Below, one piece after another: positions 52,522 to 64,000 of a stretch of DNA of 64,000 nt (positions within the stretch are counted from its first letter, which is position 1; the number at the start of each line of letters is the position of its first letter). The DNA is from Paraspadella gotoi (taxonomy: Eukaryota; Animalia; Chaetognatha), in the NCBI GenBank assembly GCA_051294375.1, contig CM119263.1, forward strand, positions 29,689,517 through 29,753,516, read 5' to 3'. A model generated the notes under the pieces. The model ran no database searches. It saw only the letters and a list, made by a program, of their open reading frames with translations, and was not told the origin of the DNA. The position numbers and the translations under genes were made by a program.

Positions 52522-53865
52522 TTTTTTTCCCCAGCCTCTCCTCCAAAGAACATCTGCAGTAATTTGCGTTCTCTGACTTGGAAAAAGGGAAATGGACGAG
52601 GAAATAATGCGTGAAAACTTAACCGAATATGAGCAGCCGCCTCCGCGCGCCGCACGCCGCCGCCCGCCAGCCGCTGCCGGCCGCCAACGATGGCTCCATT
52701 GCTATTGTCTTTCAGTGCTCTCTTCGCACAAAATGAAAATAAAAGATGCCATTTTGGATTCCGAACCGAGAGGACTAAATATAACTCGGCAGACCGGGAA
52801 AATTGGAAATCCGCTACAGGTTGCTGAAAACTCTTTGCCGAACCTGACTGCTTTTGGGTTATACCTTAAATGCCTTAACCACAGGGTCTCTCCTTCTAAC
52901 AAATACCCCTTTGCGGCAAAGTTGCTGCCCGCATTCTGGTATCTTCATAAGCTGCATTAACGTCCCTTCCCCGATTTCATTAATTTCCGCAAATTATATT
53001 ATTTGCTGCAGCCTGCATGCAGCACTCGTATTCGCTTCCTTTCTCTCTTTTCTATCTCTAATTCCCGTTTTTGTCTCTCAAACATTCTCCGGAAGTTCAA
53101 TTAAGGAATGAGTGAAATTGATTCACAAACTTTTGGACTGTGAATATTGTCGTTACCCCTGTTCACGCCCTTTCCGCTCGTACCCATTCTCGCCAACGCC
53201 CTGTGGACCCCAAAAAACCTCAAGACCCAAAACCTTAAGACCTCCAACCTCGTCGAGACCCACCAAAAACCAATAGGAGCCCAACGCCCTCAACAAGACC
53301 CTCTGAACGGGCCTAACCTTTTCCCGCCAAAATTATAGAGTTTTTGGAAAGACGAAATAAGAATTTTATTATGTGAACAATTTTGCTCCCCTGAATTAAT
53401 CGTCGTTGCGTATGGGACGAATAGAGAGGGAGGGGGAGGTAAGAGAGAGAGAGAGAGGGGGATAGTGAGAAAGAGGAGAGAGAGGGAAGGGGTCTCGGGG
53501 CAAAAAAACAGAAAAAAAAAGTATATTATTGGGTTGAAAAAAAAATTAACCTTTAACAAGAAGTGGAAAGGTTTTCCAAGAATAAGAAAATAAAACCCCT
53601 TTAGACAGAGAGGGCAGACAAGCAAAGACAGGAGGAGATACAGACAGAGCCTTCGGACGGACAACAATAATAGAAATTTTTATTTTTTTCACCGATGACT
53701 TGTATTCTCACCGCTCACCGCTCACCACTCACCGCTCACTGTATCGCTGGGGCGTACGATAAATCTTTTTCCAATCGGGGATTATTGTTGATATGTTTTT
53801 TATGATTTAGTTTTGTTTTAGGAAATATTTTTTTTTAGTAGAAAAACAGCAAATTGACATAATTA
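52500..53865 (+). repeat. Segment duplicated in inverted orientation at ~59856-61120
   Basis: gtagaaaaacagcaaattgacat mirrors atgtcaatttgctgtttttctac (59857-59879), and ccccagcctctc..ccaaagaac mirrors 61070-61095. ORF text MRENLTEYEQPPP is found on both strands. Confidence 0.95.
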
Positions 53866-54168
53866 TGTATTTGGGCCTTTACATAACAACTACAACACAA
53901 CAAACAACGACAGGACAGACGACGACAAATTGAGACGAATATGCGCCAATTTCAAACATCACCACTATTGACCGATAATTCAGTGGCCACTTATTTGACC
54001 CACAACAACTAGAACTCTTTTATTATTGTTTTCTATCCCAGTGATAGTTTTTCCTTTGATATTATGTCTCTGTTATAACTGTTTGAATGATTTTCGAATC
54101 ATTTATTTCTCTCATCAGATGCTATGATCTCAATAATTCAGAATATTTCAGCCAGTAAAGTCTCTTCA
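53866..54168 (+). repeat. Candidate 5' LTR (TG...CA)
   Basis: Ends in ..tcttCA two bases before the PBS TGG. Starts at a TGTA where homology to the flanking duplicate breaks off. Similarity to the 24 visible bases of the 3' LTR is only weak. Confidence 0.4.
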
Positions 54169-54170
54169 AT

Positions 54171-54186
54171 TGGTGATAGCCGCGAC
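54171..54186 (+). promoter_or_regulatory. Primer-binding-site-like sequence (TGGTGA..GCCGCGAC)
   Basis: TGG, the complement of tRNA CCA, follows ...CA-at directly upstream of gag. Confidence 0.55.
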
Positions 54187-54399
54187 TAAGAAGAAAAAAA
54201 AAAACACGCACTCAAACCAAACGAGATGATTAAGACGATCAGACCGCTCCCAGCCGCCGAGTCTGCCCAGCCGATCGCGGCCAGCGGCAGAGTCTCCAGA
54301 GAAATTACCTCCGTCGGCGGCGACCGACTTTCCACTTCCGCGGTGACGAGCAACCCTATGAGGGATCTCTCGCGAGAACGCGAACAATAAAAACCAATT

Positions 54400-55650
54400 C
54401 CGCGGCGAAATGGACCTCGCTCTTAAAGAAGAGCCGTCGATGAACGCCCGTCTCAAGATCGCCGTCCAGGAAGATGGGAAAGATTCACGTTCGCCGACAT
54501 GCAACACTCACCGCCCAACCCGCCATCAGAGCGATACGTTTCCGACAACCGAACGCCGCTCGCCGCACCGTACAGATTCCGCGACCGAAGCTTACTTCTC
54601 AAAAAGCGCGTCATGCGTGTTGAGGACCTCGGCGTCGAACAATCCAGCGGCGACGCCGGCTCCACAACAGAGGCGAAACACCGCGCCGACAGCTACACTC
54701 ACAACTAATGCAGATGGCGACCACCGTCTCCTAAATCGCCGTACTTGAACGTCCCGGCGCCAATCGCCCGAATTCCAGGGAGACAACGGTTATGCCATCT
54801 CAGCAAATCGGAATCAGACTCAGCTTTCCTGCCCGGCGCCGGCACAACCACTGTCCCCAATCCCTCCGTTCACCATTAGACCGCACCTCCCCCTCGACTG
54901 TACAGACTACAGCATTTGACTCGGCAAACATTAGACTTTGGTTAGCAAGCAGATCGATCTTCTTTGTTGTCGCCGATTGTCGTCGACTGACGCCCGCGTC
55001 GCAAGCCTACGTCTTTGCGGCGATTTCCTCGGAAACACCAACTGCTTCCTTCAAGATTTTCGCCAAGGCCGCTCCTCCTCTTTACAATGATATTATTACA
55101 GGTTGATCTAATCTCTTCGGATGAAACCGCGACAGCGCGCCGCCAGGAATGTTTAAAACGCATAGGCACTGGCGGAAGCACGCCGTCCCAGCTTTGCGAC
55201 ATCAATTCGCGCCACCTTTGAAGGCATCAAACCTGAACAAATATTCAAAGAGATGCTCCGTGTCACCGCCACGTTCGACATTGCGTACGACGCCTACCCT
55301 CGATGAATGCAGCAAAAGCAGCCGACTGCTTCTAACGAACGATCCGGCAACCTCCTATGCAAAGCAGCCCAGACAGCACCATTCATGCCATGTACATTCA
55401 GCGACGATGGCGAAGGATGAGGCAGACGAATAGACCGCACCTACGCCGAAATTTGCGCCATAGGTAACAGGGATCAACCCTGGAAGCGAGTGGAGCGCAG
55501 AAAACAAAAGCCAACGCCCTCCGCCACTACTGAAATTCACGTCAGCTGCGACCGACATGGATGGCGACACATGTTGGTACCGATGTCGAATACGGGAAAA
55601 GGGCTCGATAACTGCAAAGAAGTCTCCGCCCTGGCGTCCCCTTGCATCCC
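54400..55650 (+). pseudogene. Gypsy gag remnant
   Basis: Fragments AFDSANIRLWLA, YVFAAI, TARRQECL..GGSTPSQL and DTCWY..(G)EK...NC resemble the PxFW..W / GDRKPSQLL / CWYH..FG..A..C motifs of invertebrate Gypsy gag. Confidence 0.7.
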
Positions 55651-55729
55651 TGGGAAATGGCCGGGCCGGCGTGCCGGAAGTGAGCGCGCGACGGCGGCAG
55701 TCGAAAGCCCTGGCTCCATGTCCGCGATC

Positions 55730-58700
55730 AGCAACAACGACCTCACAGTGGTTGGTCGACACTCACGGCGCAAATCCGTCTCTCTCATCACCCAAACGAC
55801 TCAGAACGACGCGCCGGCCAGCCAACCACTAACCCACTCCAACGCCAGATCCAACGGCACAACCAAATACCTATGTACGGCAACGCCCATGACTATATGC
55901 CTCGGCCAACGCATCATATCAAGTGGAAGTCACCATCGCGAGACGTTGCAATTTCCCCCATTAGAAATGATTTCCTAATGGAACACATAATCTCGCACCT
56001 TTTCCAAAACTGCGAAATCCCTCGTCGATTGTTGAGGACCTCTTACCACTGTCGCCCGGTAAAGCAAACTCGGCCCGCTCATTCAGTAGTGAAAATCAGC
56101 ACATGAATCCGTTCATAACGTGTTCAACCCAGACTTCTCGACTCTCGCACCATCTTCTCACAACACCAGTCGTTCGATCCTGCCCAGCCGCGTCATGGCA
56201 TAAAACATCAACAATCCTTACCGAAAGGTCCACCCGTAATTTGCCCGACCCGCCGTCTATCCCGCAGACAAACTTAATCGCCGGCCAAGCGGAGTTTGAA
56301 AAACTGGAAAAACTCGGCAATCGTCAGGAAGCCGAAGCCCATGGGCTTTCGCCGTTAGCATGTAGTACAAAAAACAGACGGGAGCCTCCGACCATGCGGC
56401 GACCTATCGCCGCCTAAATGCTGGCAACAAAGGATGACCGTTATCCACAATTCGCATATCTCCAACTTCAACGCAGAAATAGCGGGGCAAGACAATATTC
56501 CGAAAAGTGGATCTCTAATATAAGGATACCACCAATCCCCATCACACAACGAGGCAGATATTCCTAAAAACGGCAGTAATAACTCCATTCAGACCTTTGG
56601 GAGTAACCTGAGAAAAACCGCCAATTGGCTTAAAGAACGCTGCTCAGAGAACTTTCAGAGGATGATGGATTGCCATCCTTTCCGGAATTGCCCCATGTAT
56701 TTGTAATACTTGGACGATATCCTCAATCGCATCCACATGACCAATTACGAACACATTCCAAGATCTGACTCGCGTACTTGAGCCTCTCTAATGAATCCAA
56801 CGGCCAGGGGTGTATCAATCAACCGATCCAAATGTTACTTTGGCTGCGCCTTCACCAGTTCGAATTTCTCGGCTATCAGGTTTGACGCCAATGGGCGTCA
56901 CTCCTACTTCCAAGCCGCGTCAACGACATTGCCCGTTTTTCATACACCCACGTCGCAGTCAAAGACCTGCAAAAAGATTCCTGGGAGTCCTCACTAACTA
57001 CCACCAAGAAAATGAGGGCCAGTTATTATCCCATGCTGCACACAAGCTGGAACCACTCTACGCAGGCAACATTCGCGGCAAACCTCAACGCCTTCAATTG
57101 GAACACTGAGTGCGATGGAGCTATTCACAGCAGCCAAACAAGCCTCTTGCCGTCTGCCACTTATGCTGGTACATCCCCGTGAAAGATGCTAGCTGGCTCT
57201 CACTGTTGACAGCAGCCTCCTCTCAGCCATCGGCGGCGGTCTCAGAACAGATGGCGGTCGAAGGGCAAGAATTGGGATGCCCCTCGGGATGTTTTCTCTG
57301 CTCCACTTCAACAAAATCAACGAAAGTGGCCCACCATTCGACCGCGCAGTTGCTTGCGGCATCCCGTGCTGTCCGAACATTTCCGACCAATATCATTGAA
57401 GAGCCGAACATTCACACTTTTTCAGATCAAACTAGCATTTGGTCCCTGCAATACAAAAAAAGTCAAGAACCCACACTATGCGTCAGGATAACCAGCTAGC
57501 AGCACATTCAGAATATAACAACGGACATTCAATATATCGAAGGAAAAGGCCAACTCTGTTGCACGACGCCCTCTTCCCGTTGGAACTCCTCCAGCAGCAA
57601 CTCCAACCCTCACGAGCTACTATCAATGCGGTAAGCCAACAGGAAATCGACTTCTCAGAAATGCACCACGACCAAGTACTTCTGATCCCGACGTCAAACG
57701 CCTCCCTCTGCGGACGTCCCACGAGCCTCGCGCCTTCATAAAAGTTCAAGTCGTCGAACGGCCGTCGACATCCTTTGCTGCTGCTCTAGCAGCCGGCCGG
57801 CGCTTCCCGCCCCATCTGTGTCCCTGAAAAGTGGCTCGCCGGCGTGTCTTCAGAAAACCATATTCATGGCCTCTCTCTCATCCTGCGTACCGCCGGCGAC
57901 CAAAAAACTCCATAACAAGCTCGATTTACGTGGCATCAATCAACTCTGTGCATAACGGAATGGAACTCGGACCTTGTCCAGCATGTCAGCGCTCAAAACT
58001 TCACCAACAATATCAACGCCCCTCCACAAGAATTTGCTCAATGTGGGAAAGACGCTTTGAAGAACACGTACATGTAGACAGTGTGTGGGACCGCACACTA
58101 CGACTGCTCATCTGGTCACACCAACTTACTTACTGCGGTTGAACAAAAAAAAAAAAAGATTTTTCCACCCTCGGATGGCCAAGAGGCCATCGCAATCCGT
58201 GGGAGACACAAGTGCATCAACCGTCACAGCAGCCTTCTTACTAAAACTGGGTAGCCCGTGTTTGGAGTGCCAGCCACGGTAACGACTGACCAGAGCGAGC
58301 ACAGTTCACGTCAGACGTGTCAGGGCGCCAACTAGCTAAACTCTAATCCCCGGCGGTTAAACCTTACCACCGATCGACGCTTACCATCCCCAAGCCAATG
58401 GCATGGTGGGCGTATTGCACCGCGCACCTCAAGTCACACTGAAGGCCCGCTGTGAGAAGCTTCTGACCAAGTGCGGTTAACCAATCTCCTTGGGTCCCTC
58501 CTTGGCCTCCGACAAACTCACAAAGCTGACCTTGGATGCATCGCTGGCAGAACTTGTCACGGCGACGTTTTAACAGTACCCGGTGAAACTCATCGGCGCC
58601 AAAAGAACCCACAAGCCGGAGTAGACAGCTAACGCCACGCGCCGAGCCCTCCAAAAAACTACGAATTCGACGTTGCACTGATGCGACCCAAATTCCAGGT

Positions 58701-58930
58701 ACAACGCCACATGCCAACCAAACATCAAAATTGCCAACTTCCTTTAAAAGAAGACAGATTTTGTCTTTGTTAAGGCGCACTCACCAACAGCGGCGCACAT
58801 CCACTTGCGCCTACACGGCCACCCCATATCGAATCTTAGAGAGACGACAGCGCACGTCTAATCGACATCCCAGGACGAAGGCTCAAAAACAATCACATTG
58901 GACCGAAATAAAACCGCCGCCATCGACATG
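55730..58930 (+). pseudogene. Gypsy pol remnant (PR-RT-RNaseH-IN with GPY-like tail)
   Basis: Frame-hopping reconstruction gives HGIKH..LTEGPPV..RPRRL...AEFEKLEKLG...SPW.SPLHVV.K.DGS.RPCGDYRRLN, then YLDDIL, integrase W..RFGVP..VTTDQ and PYT..PYRIL near 58810. Confidence 0.9.
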
Positions 58931-59190
58931 AAAACCCTTCCAAGCGCCGCGCCACCAGCGACACCAAGGGGACGTCCGCCAAAGTCGCCCACAATCCTCG
59001 TAAGGTCAGCCTCGCCTAAACCGAGCGCCACCGGAAAAAATCAACTCTTCCTCCAACACGTAATCCAACCGGAAGACGGCCGCCCAAACAACGCCATCCG
59101 CATCTTCCACTGACGCTGTCAGAGCCCGATCGCGGCATGTGAGGCCGACGACCAAACACCACCGACGTTAACGCAAGTCAACTCCGGCGC

Positions 59191-59229
59191 GGTTGGGGCG
59201 GGATATGTAGCTTCCTAATGAACTTAACA
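59191..59229 (+). promoter_or_regulatory. Polypurine tract and start of 3' LTR (TG at 59206)
   Basis: ggttGGGGCGGGATA-TGtagc lies downstream of integrase, immediately before a 25-N gap. Confidence 0.65.
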
Positions 59230-59450
59230 NNNNNNNNNNNNNNNNNNNNNNNNNATCTCCATTTCCGATTTTTCCATTTTCCTTTTTTTCCCATTTTCCC
59301 ATTTTCCCTCTTTTTTCCATTTTTCCTTTTTTTCCATTTTCCATTGTTTCATTCCCGCATTTTCCTCTAACCTCGTTTTTTCCCTTCTGTCGTATTTCTT
59401 CTATGTTTTGTTTCCCCAGTTCTCCTGTCTTTCAGCGGCTGATGCGTCGA

Positions 59451-59481
<31 letters not shown>

Positions 59482-61789
59482 TCTCTCTCGTCTTCTCTCT
59501 CTCGTCTCTCTCTCTCTCTCTCCCCGCCCGGAGACGCTAATGATTAAAAGAAAAAAAAAGCGTGAAATAAAAAAAGCAGGAAGAGCAAAAAAAATCAAAT
59601 TCGCTTTTTAGACTAAATTTATTTTCTCGAGCTCATGAACACTTTTAAACCATTTACCTACAACCATTTTCCGTCGGCGATTAATTTCCATTAAAGTTTA
59701 TTGTAAAAAATAATTACTATTTTATAAAACATTAAAAAAATAAGAAAAGAAAAAGAAAAGCAAAATTCTGCTGTTTCTTTTCAATTTTCTTTCTCTAAAT
59801 TGATTCGAAATTTTTGTTTTAATTAATCATTCATAAGAATTGGTCAATATATCAATATGTCAATTTGCTGTTTTTCTACTAAAAAAAAATATTTTCCTAA
59901 AACAATAACAATAACAATAATAATAACAATAACAATAATCCCCGATTGGAAAAAGATTTATCGTCGCCCGCAGTCGATACATTGTGAGCGGTGAGTGGTG
60001 AGCGGTGAGCGGTGAGAATACAGTCATCGGTGAAAAAAATAAAGAATTTCTATTTTGTCCGTCCGAAGGTCTGTCTGTATCTCCTCCTGTCTGCTTGTCT
60101 GCCTCTCTGTCTAAAGTCTATCTGACTTCTCTGTAAGTATTTTTTTTCACAACTTTTTTCTGTTTGCCGAGGTATCTCTCTCTTTCCCTCTCTCTCTCTC
60201 TCTTTCTCTCACTATCTCTCTCTCTCTCTCTCTCTCTTACCCCCCTCCCTCTCTATTCGTCCATAGTCAACGACGATAATTCAGGGAGAAAATTGTTCCA
60301 TAATAAAATTTATTTCGTCTCCAAAAACCAGTTTTGGCGGGAAAAGGTTAGCCCGTTGGGGTCTTGAGGGGTTGGGGTCCTATGGTTTTTGGGGTCTCGA
60401 CGGGTTGGGGTCTTAAGGTTTTTGGGGTCTTGAGGTTTTTTGGGGTCCACAGGGGTTTGGCTGAGAATGGGGTACGAGGGAAAGGGCGTGAAAGGGAAAC
60501 GACAATATTCACAGTCCAAAGTGTGAATCAATTTCACTCATCCTTAATTTGACTTCCGGTGAGAATGTGAGAGACAAAAAACGGGAATAGAGATGAAAAG
60601 AGAGAAAGGAAGCAAATACGAGTTGCTGCAGAGGCTGCAGCAAATAATATAATTTGCGGAAATAATGAAATCGGGGAAGGGACGTTAATGCAGCTATGAA
60701 GATACCAGAATGGGGAGCAACTTGCCGCAAAGGGGTAATTTGTAGAAGGAGAGGACCCGTGGTTAAGGCATTTAAGGTAACCAAGCAGTCAGGTTGCGGC
60801 AAAGAGTGCAGCAACCTGTAGCGGATTTCCATTTTCCCGGTCGCGAGTTATATTTAGTCTTCTCGGTTCGGAATCCAAATGGCATCCTTTATTTTCATTT
60901 TGTGGAAGAGAGCACTGAAAGACAAAGCAATGGAGCCATCGTTGGCGGGCGGCAGCGGCTGCGGCGGCGGCGTGCGGCGGCGGAGGCGGCTGCTCATATT
61001 CGGTTAAGTTTTCACGCATATTTCCTCGTCCTTTTCCCTTTTCCAAGGTGAGAACGAAATTACTGCAGATGGTTCTTTGGAGAGAGGCTGGGGAAAAATC
61101 TCTCTCTCTCTCTCTCTCTCNNNNNNNNNNNNNNNNNNNNNNNNNTTCCATTTTTTTTTCCATTCTTTTCCCCTTGTTTTTTTCCCTTCTTTTTTTTAAC
61201 GGTTTCTTCCATCTTCTATTTTCTTTGCCATTTTTTTCTTTTTCCAATTTTACCAATTTTTTCCTTTTATCCATTTATCTCTTTATTTACATTTCCCATT
61301 TCCCTCTTTTTTCCATTTTCCTTTTTTTCCATTTCATTTTTTTTTTCCATTTTCCTATTTTTTTCTATTTTCCCTCTTTTCCATTTTCCCTTCTTTTTTC
61401 CAAATACTTTTTTTCCCATTTTCCCTTTTTCCATTTGCCTTTTTTTCCATTTTTCCTCTTTTCCATTTTCCATTTTTTCCATTTTTCCCTTTTTCCATTT
61501 ATCCTTTCTTCTACATTTTCCCATTTTCCCTATTTTTTCCATTTTCCTTTTTTTTTCCATTTTCCTCTTTTTTCCATTTCTGTTCATTTTCCCTCTTTTT
61601 CCATTTCCGTTTTTTCCATTTTCCTTTTTTTCCCATTTTCCCATTTTCCCTCTTTTTTCCATTTTTCCTTTTTTTCCATTTTTCCATTTTTCATTCCCGC
61701 ATTTTCTCCCTCGTTTTTTCCTTTTCGTTTCTTCTATGTTTTGTTTTTCCCAGTCTCTCTCTCATCTTTCGCGGTTGATGCCCGTCGGA

Positions 61790-61870
<81 letters not shown>

Positions 61871-62129
61871 GCCCGGAGACGCTATGAATTATAAAGAAAA
61901 CTTAAAATGAAAAAAAAAGCGTGAAATAAAAAAAGCGAGGAGAAGCAACGAAAAAAAAAAAAAAATCAAATTCTCTCGCTTTTATTAGACTAAATTTATT
62001 TTTCTCGAGTTCATGAACACTTTTTAAACAATTACCTACAACATTTTCCTCGGCGATTAATTTCGCTATTAATGTTTATTGCTAAAAAATACATTATTAT
62101 TTTATAAAACATTAAAAAAAATAAGAAAA

Positions 62130-62491
62130 AAAAAAAGAAAGAAAATTCTGCGGATTCTTTACCATTCAGCGACGCAATTCGAGCGCCTCGGGCGTATCGT
62201 CTTAATAGCGCGTGTCCGAATGCGGTGCGGCCGTTCCCCCGGGTCGTCTGAATGGGGCGTTGGCGTCCCCGTCGGGAGGCGCAGAGGCGGCGTTCTGTTG
62301 GATCGCATGAGACTTCGAGCCTTTTATGCGGCGTCGTTTCGTTTCCTTTTTTTTTCCACCGGCGTGCCTCGTTTGAGAGAGGAGGAAAACCTTTCATTTT
62401 TTATTTACTCCCTCTCTCGTTCTGATAAGAGAGAGAGAGAGAGAGAAGAGAGAGAGAGAACAGAGAAGAGAGGAGAGAGAGAGAGAGAGAA

Positions 62492-62535
<44 letters not shown>

Positions 62536-63030
62536 GAGAGACGGGAGATAGACGACAGAGACAGACGAGAGAATTACTCTGTCCCGCTTCAGTGATAACG
62601 AACTTAGTCAACTGAGTGTTTTTTCCTTTTTTGTCTCTTTTAAGCTGGTGGAGTAGATAGATAAGAGAGATGACGACCGAGGAGACGAGAAGAAGAGGAG
62701 AGAGAGAGAGAAGAGAGAGAGCAGAGAGAGAGAGAGACTCTCTCTCTCTCTCTCTTATCAGAACGAGAGAGGGAGTAAATAAAAATGAAAAGGTTTTCCT
62801 CCTCTCTCAAACGAGGCACGCCGGTGGAAAAAAAAAGNNNNNNNNNNNNNNNNNNNNNNNNNNNNNNNNNNNNNNNNNNNNNNNNNNNNNNNNNNNNNNN
62901 NNNNNNNNNNNNNNNNNNNNNNNNNNNNNNNNNNNNNNNNNNNNNNNACGACGCCGCTATGAAGACGACGCCCGAGGGTCGAATTGCGTCGCGATGGAAA
63001 GAATCGAGATTTCTTTCTTTTTTTTTTTAC
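62130..63030. repeat. Fold-back inverted repeat turning within a (GA)n/(CT)n switch
   Basis: 62345-62440 mirrors 62738-62837 (ttccaccggcgtgcctcgtttgagagaggagg / cctcctctctcaaacgaggcacgccggtggaa), and 62140-62215 mirrors 62948-63025. Confidence 0.9.
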
Positions 63031-63599
63031 ATCAAGAAATTAAGTTTCTCTCGTGTATTACCTGTAAGTCATTAACGAAAAATATATATACTTTTAGATA
63101 TTCTGTAATTATATGGCAAATAGACAAAGGCGCGTAGACAATTAAACGTATATAGACAAGTAGACATATATAGACCAAATTAATTTAAGACGACAGTCGG
63201 TAACTTTTTTTAATTTTATCGTGTCAGACATGCAACGATAGGAAAGTGTCCGTTTGTAAAGCTTATTTAAAAAAAGTACTATAAAGTTTAAAGAGCCTAA
63301 AAATCTAAACTTTTTCCCTCAAAAGCCAAAGCCGGAAACGTCAGTGAATAGTAAAACATCGGGATTAATTTTATATGAACTTTTTCCGGGTCGCGAGCAA
63401 AGCGACATCTTCGGGGAAATCGGCGTAGCGGAAGAAATGCTATAGAGTCGAGATTTCTATTAACCTTCGTCAAAAAGAAATTTCTTTGTCGTGACCTTTC
63501 ATGTCCTTTTTGGCTTCATGTCTTCCCATGTCCTTTCTTTGCTACACGTGCTCGCGCGTCCATGTTTGAAAATCATCTTCAGGCTTGTCACGATCTCCC

Positions 63600-63770
63600 A
63601 TATCCTTTAAAATCCTTTACAATCTTTTCTTGTCCTTCCATGTCTTTTAAAATCTTTCCTTGTTCTTTCTTGTCCTTTACAATCTTTTCTTATCCTTCCA
63701 TGTTTTTTTTTAATTTTTTTTTGGCCTTCCATGTTCTTTAAAAATGTTTCCTTGTCCTTCTTTGTCCTTT
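63600..63770 (+). repeat. Degenerate 10-bp-period tandem repeat (tgtccttcca / aatcttttct units)
   Basis: Repeated tgtcctt / aatcttt motifs in a 10-bp register. Confidence 0.65.
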
Positions 63771-64000
63771 ATTGACTCCAACGTCCTCTGTGAAAAACGA
63801 AATCCAGTTTTTTCAATCGAGCGATGAGCTATTATGTTGAGACGACGACGACGAAAACGACGACGACGACGCTGACGACGAAGAGAACGGCTCCTCCAAC
63901 GAGAGACGGCCTCCGTTGCCAAGAGACGAAATTTTGTGTCAAAATCGAGTTTATCTGAATTGGCGTCGTCGTCGTCGTCGTTGTCGTCGCTGTCATCGTC

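Larger units (their letters stand above)
53866..59229 (+). mobile_element. Ty3/Gypsy LTR retrotransposon, near full length, heavily frameshifted; 3' LTR truncated by a gap
   Basis: Domain order is gag (..PSQL.., CWY..C knuckle ~55572), PR (LVDT.G ~55752), RT (RPCGDYRRLN-like ~56389; KTAVITPF; GLKNAAQ; YLDDIL ~56707), RNase H (LTVD.S ~57198) and IN (CPACQRSK ~57975; HVHVD; YHPQANGMV ~58382). PBS-like TGGTGA at 54171; PPT plus TG at 59195-59207. Confidence 0.93.

Noticed and set aside
52500-61120. Inverted flanks around the Gypsy as inverted LTRs (DIRS-like or a novel retroelement)
   Set aside because: The element has a DDE integrase, PBS and PPT typical of Gypsy. The inverted blocks are host-like SSR-containing DNA, are separated from the element by a gap and another duplicate, and belong to a wider duplication tangle.

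Overview
Eukaryotic, most likely invertebrate-metazoan, draft-assembly DNA. It is extremely rich in microsatellites ((GA)n, (GAC/GAT)n, (AAT)n, long polypurine/polypyrimidine tracts) and has many N gaps. No intact host protein-coding gene can be supported; almost every ORF in the track is a translation of simple repeats or of N runs. Two autonomous-type retroelements are recognisable from protein motifs, both broken by indels. One is a minus-strand APE+RT non-LTR retrotransposon (LINE, ~37.76-41.5 kb). The other is a plus-strand Ty3/Gypsy LTR retrotransposon (~53.9-59.2 kb; gag-PR-RT-RNaseH-IN, with PBS and PPT). There is also a ~200-bp dispersed repeat in at least six copies, tRNA-like SINE-head remnants and several minisatellites. 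The most striking structure is a series of large fold-back inverted repeats (~9.6-10.3 kb, ~25.6-36.5 kb, ~43.9-46.4 kb, ~62.1-63.0 kb) plus a tangle of direct and inverted duplications at 51-63 kb. The arms differ mainly by small indels, and six gaps of exactly 25 N sit at their centres or edges or at the end of an indel-ridden retroelement. I read these as most likely long-read gap-filling or chimeric-read artefacts rather than biology. I did not find a credible previously undescribed biological system.
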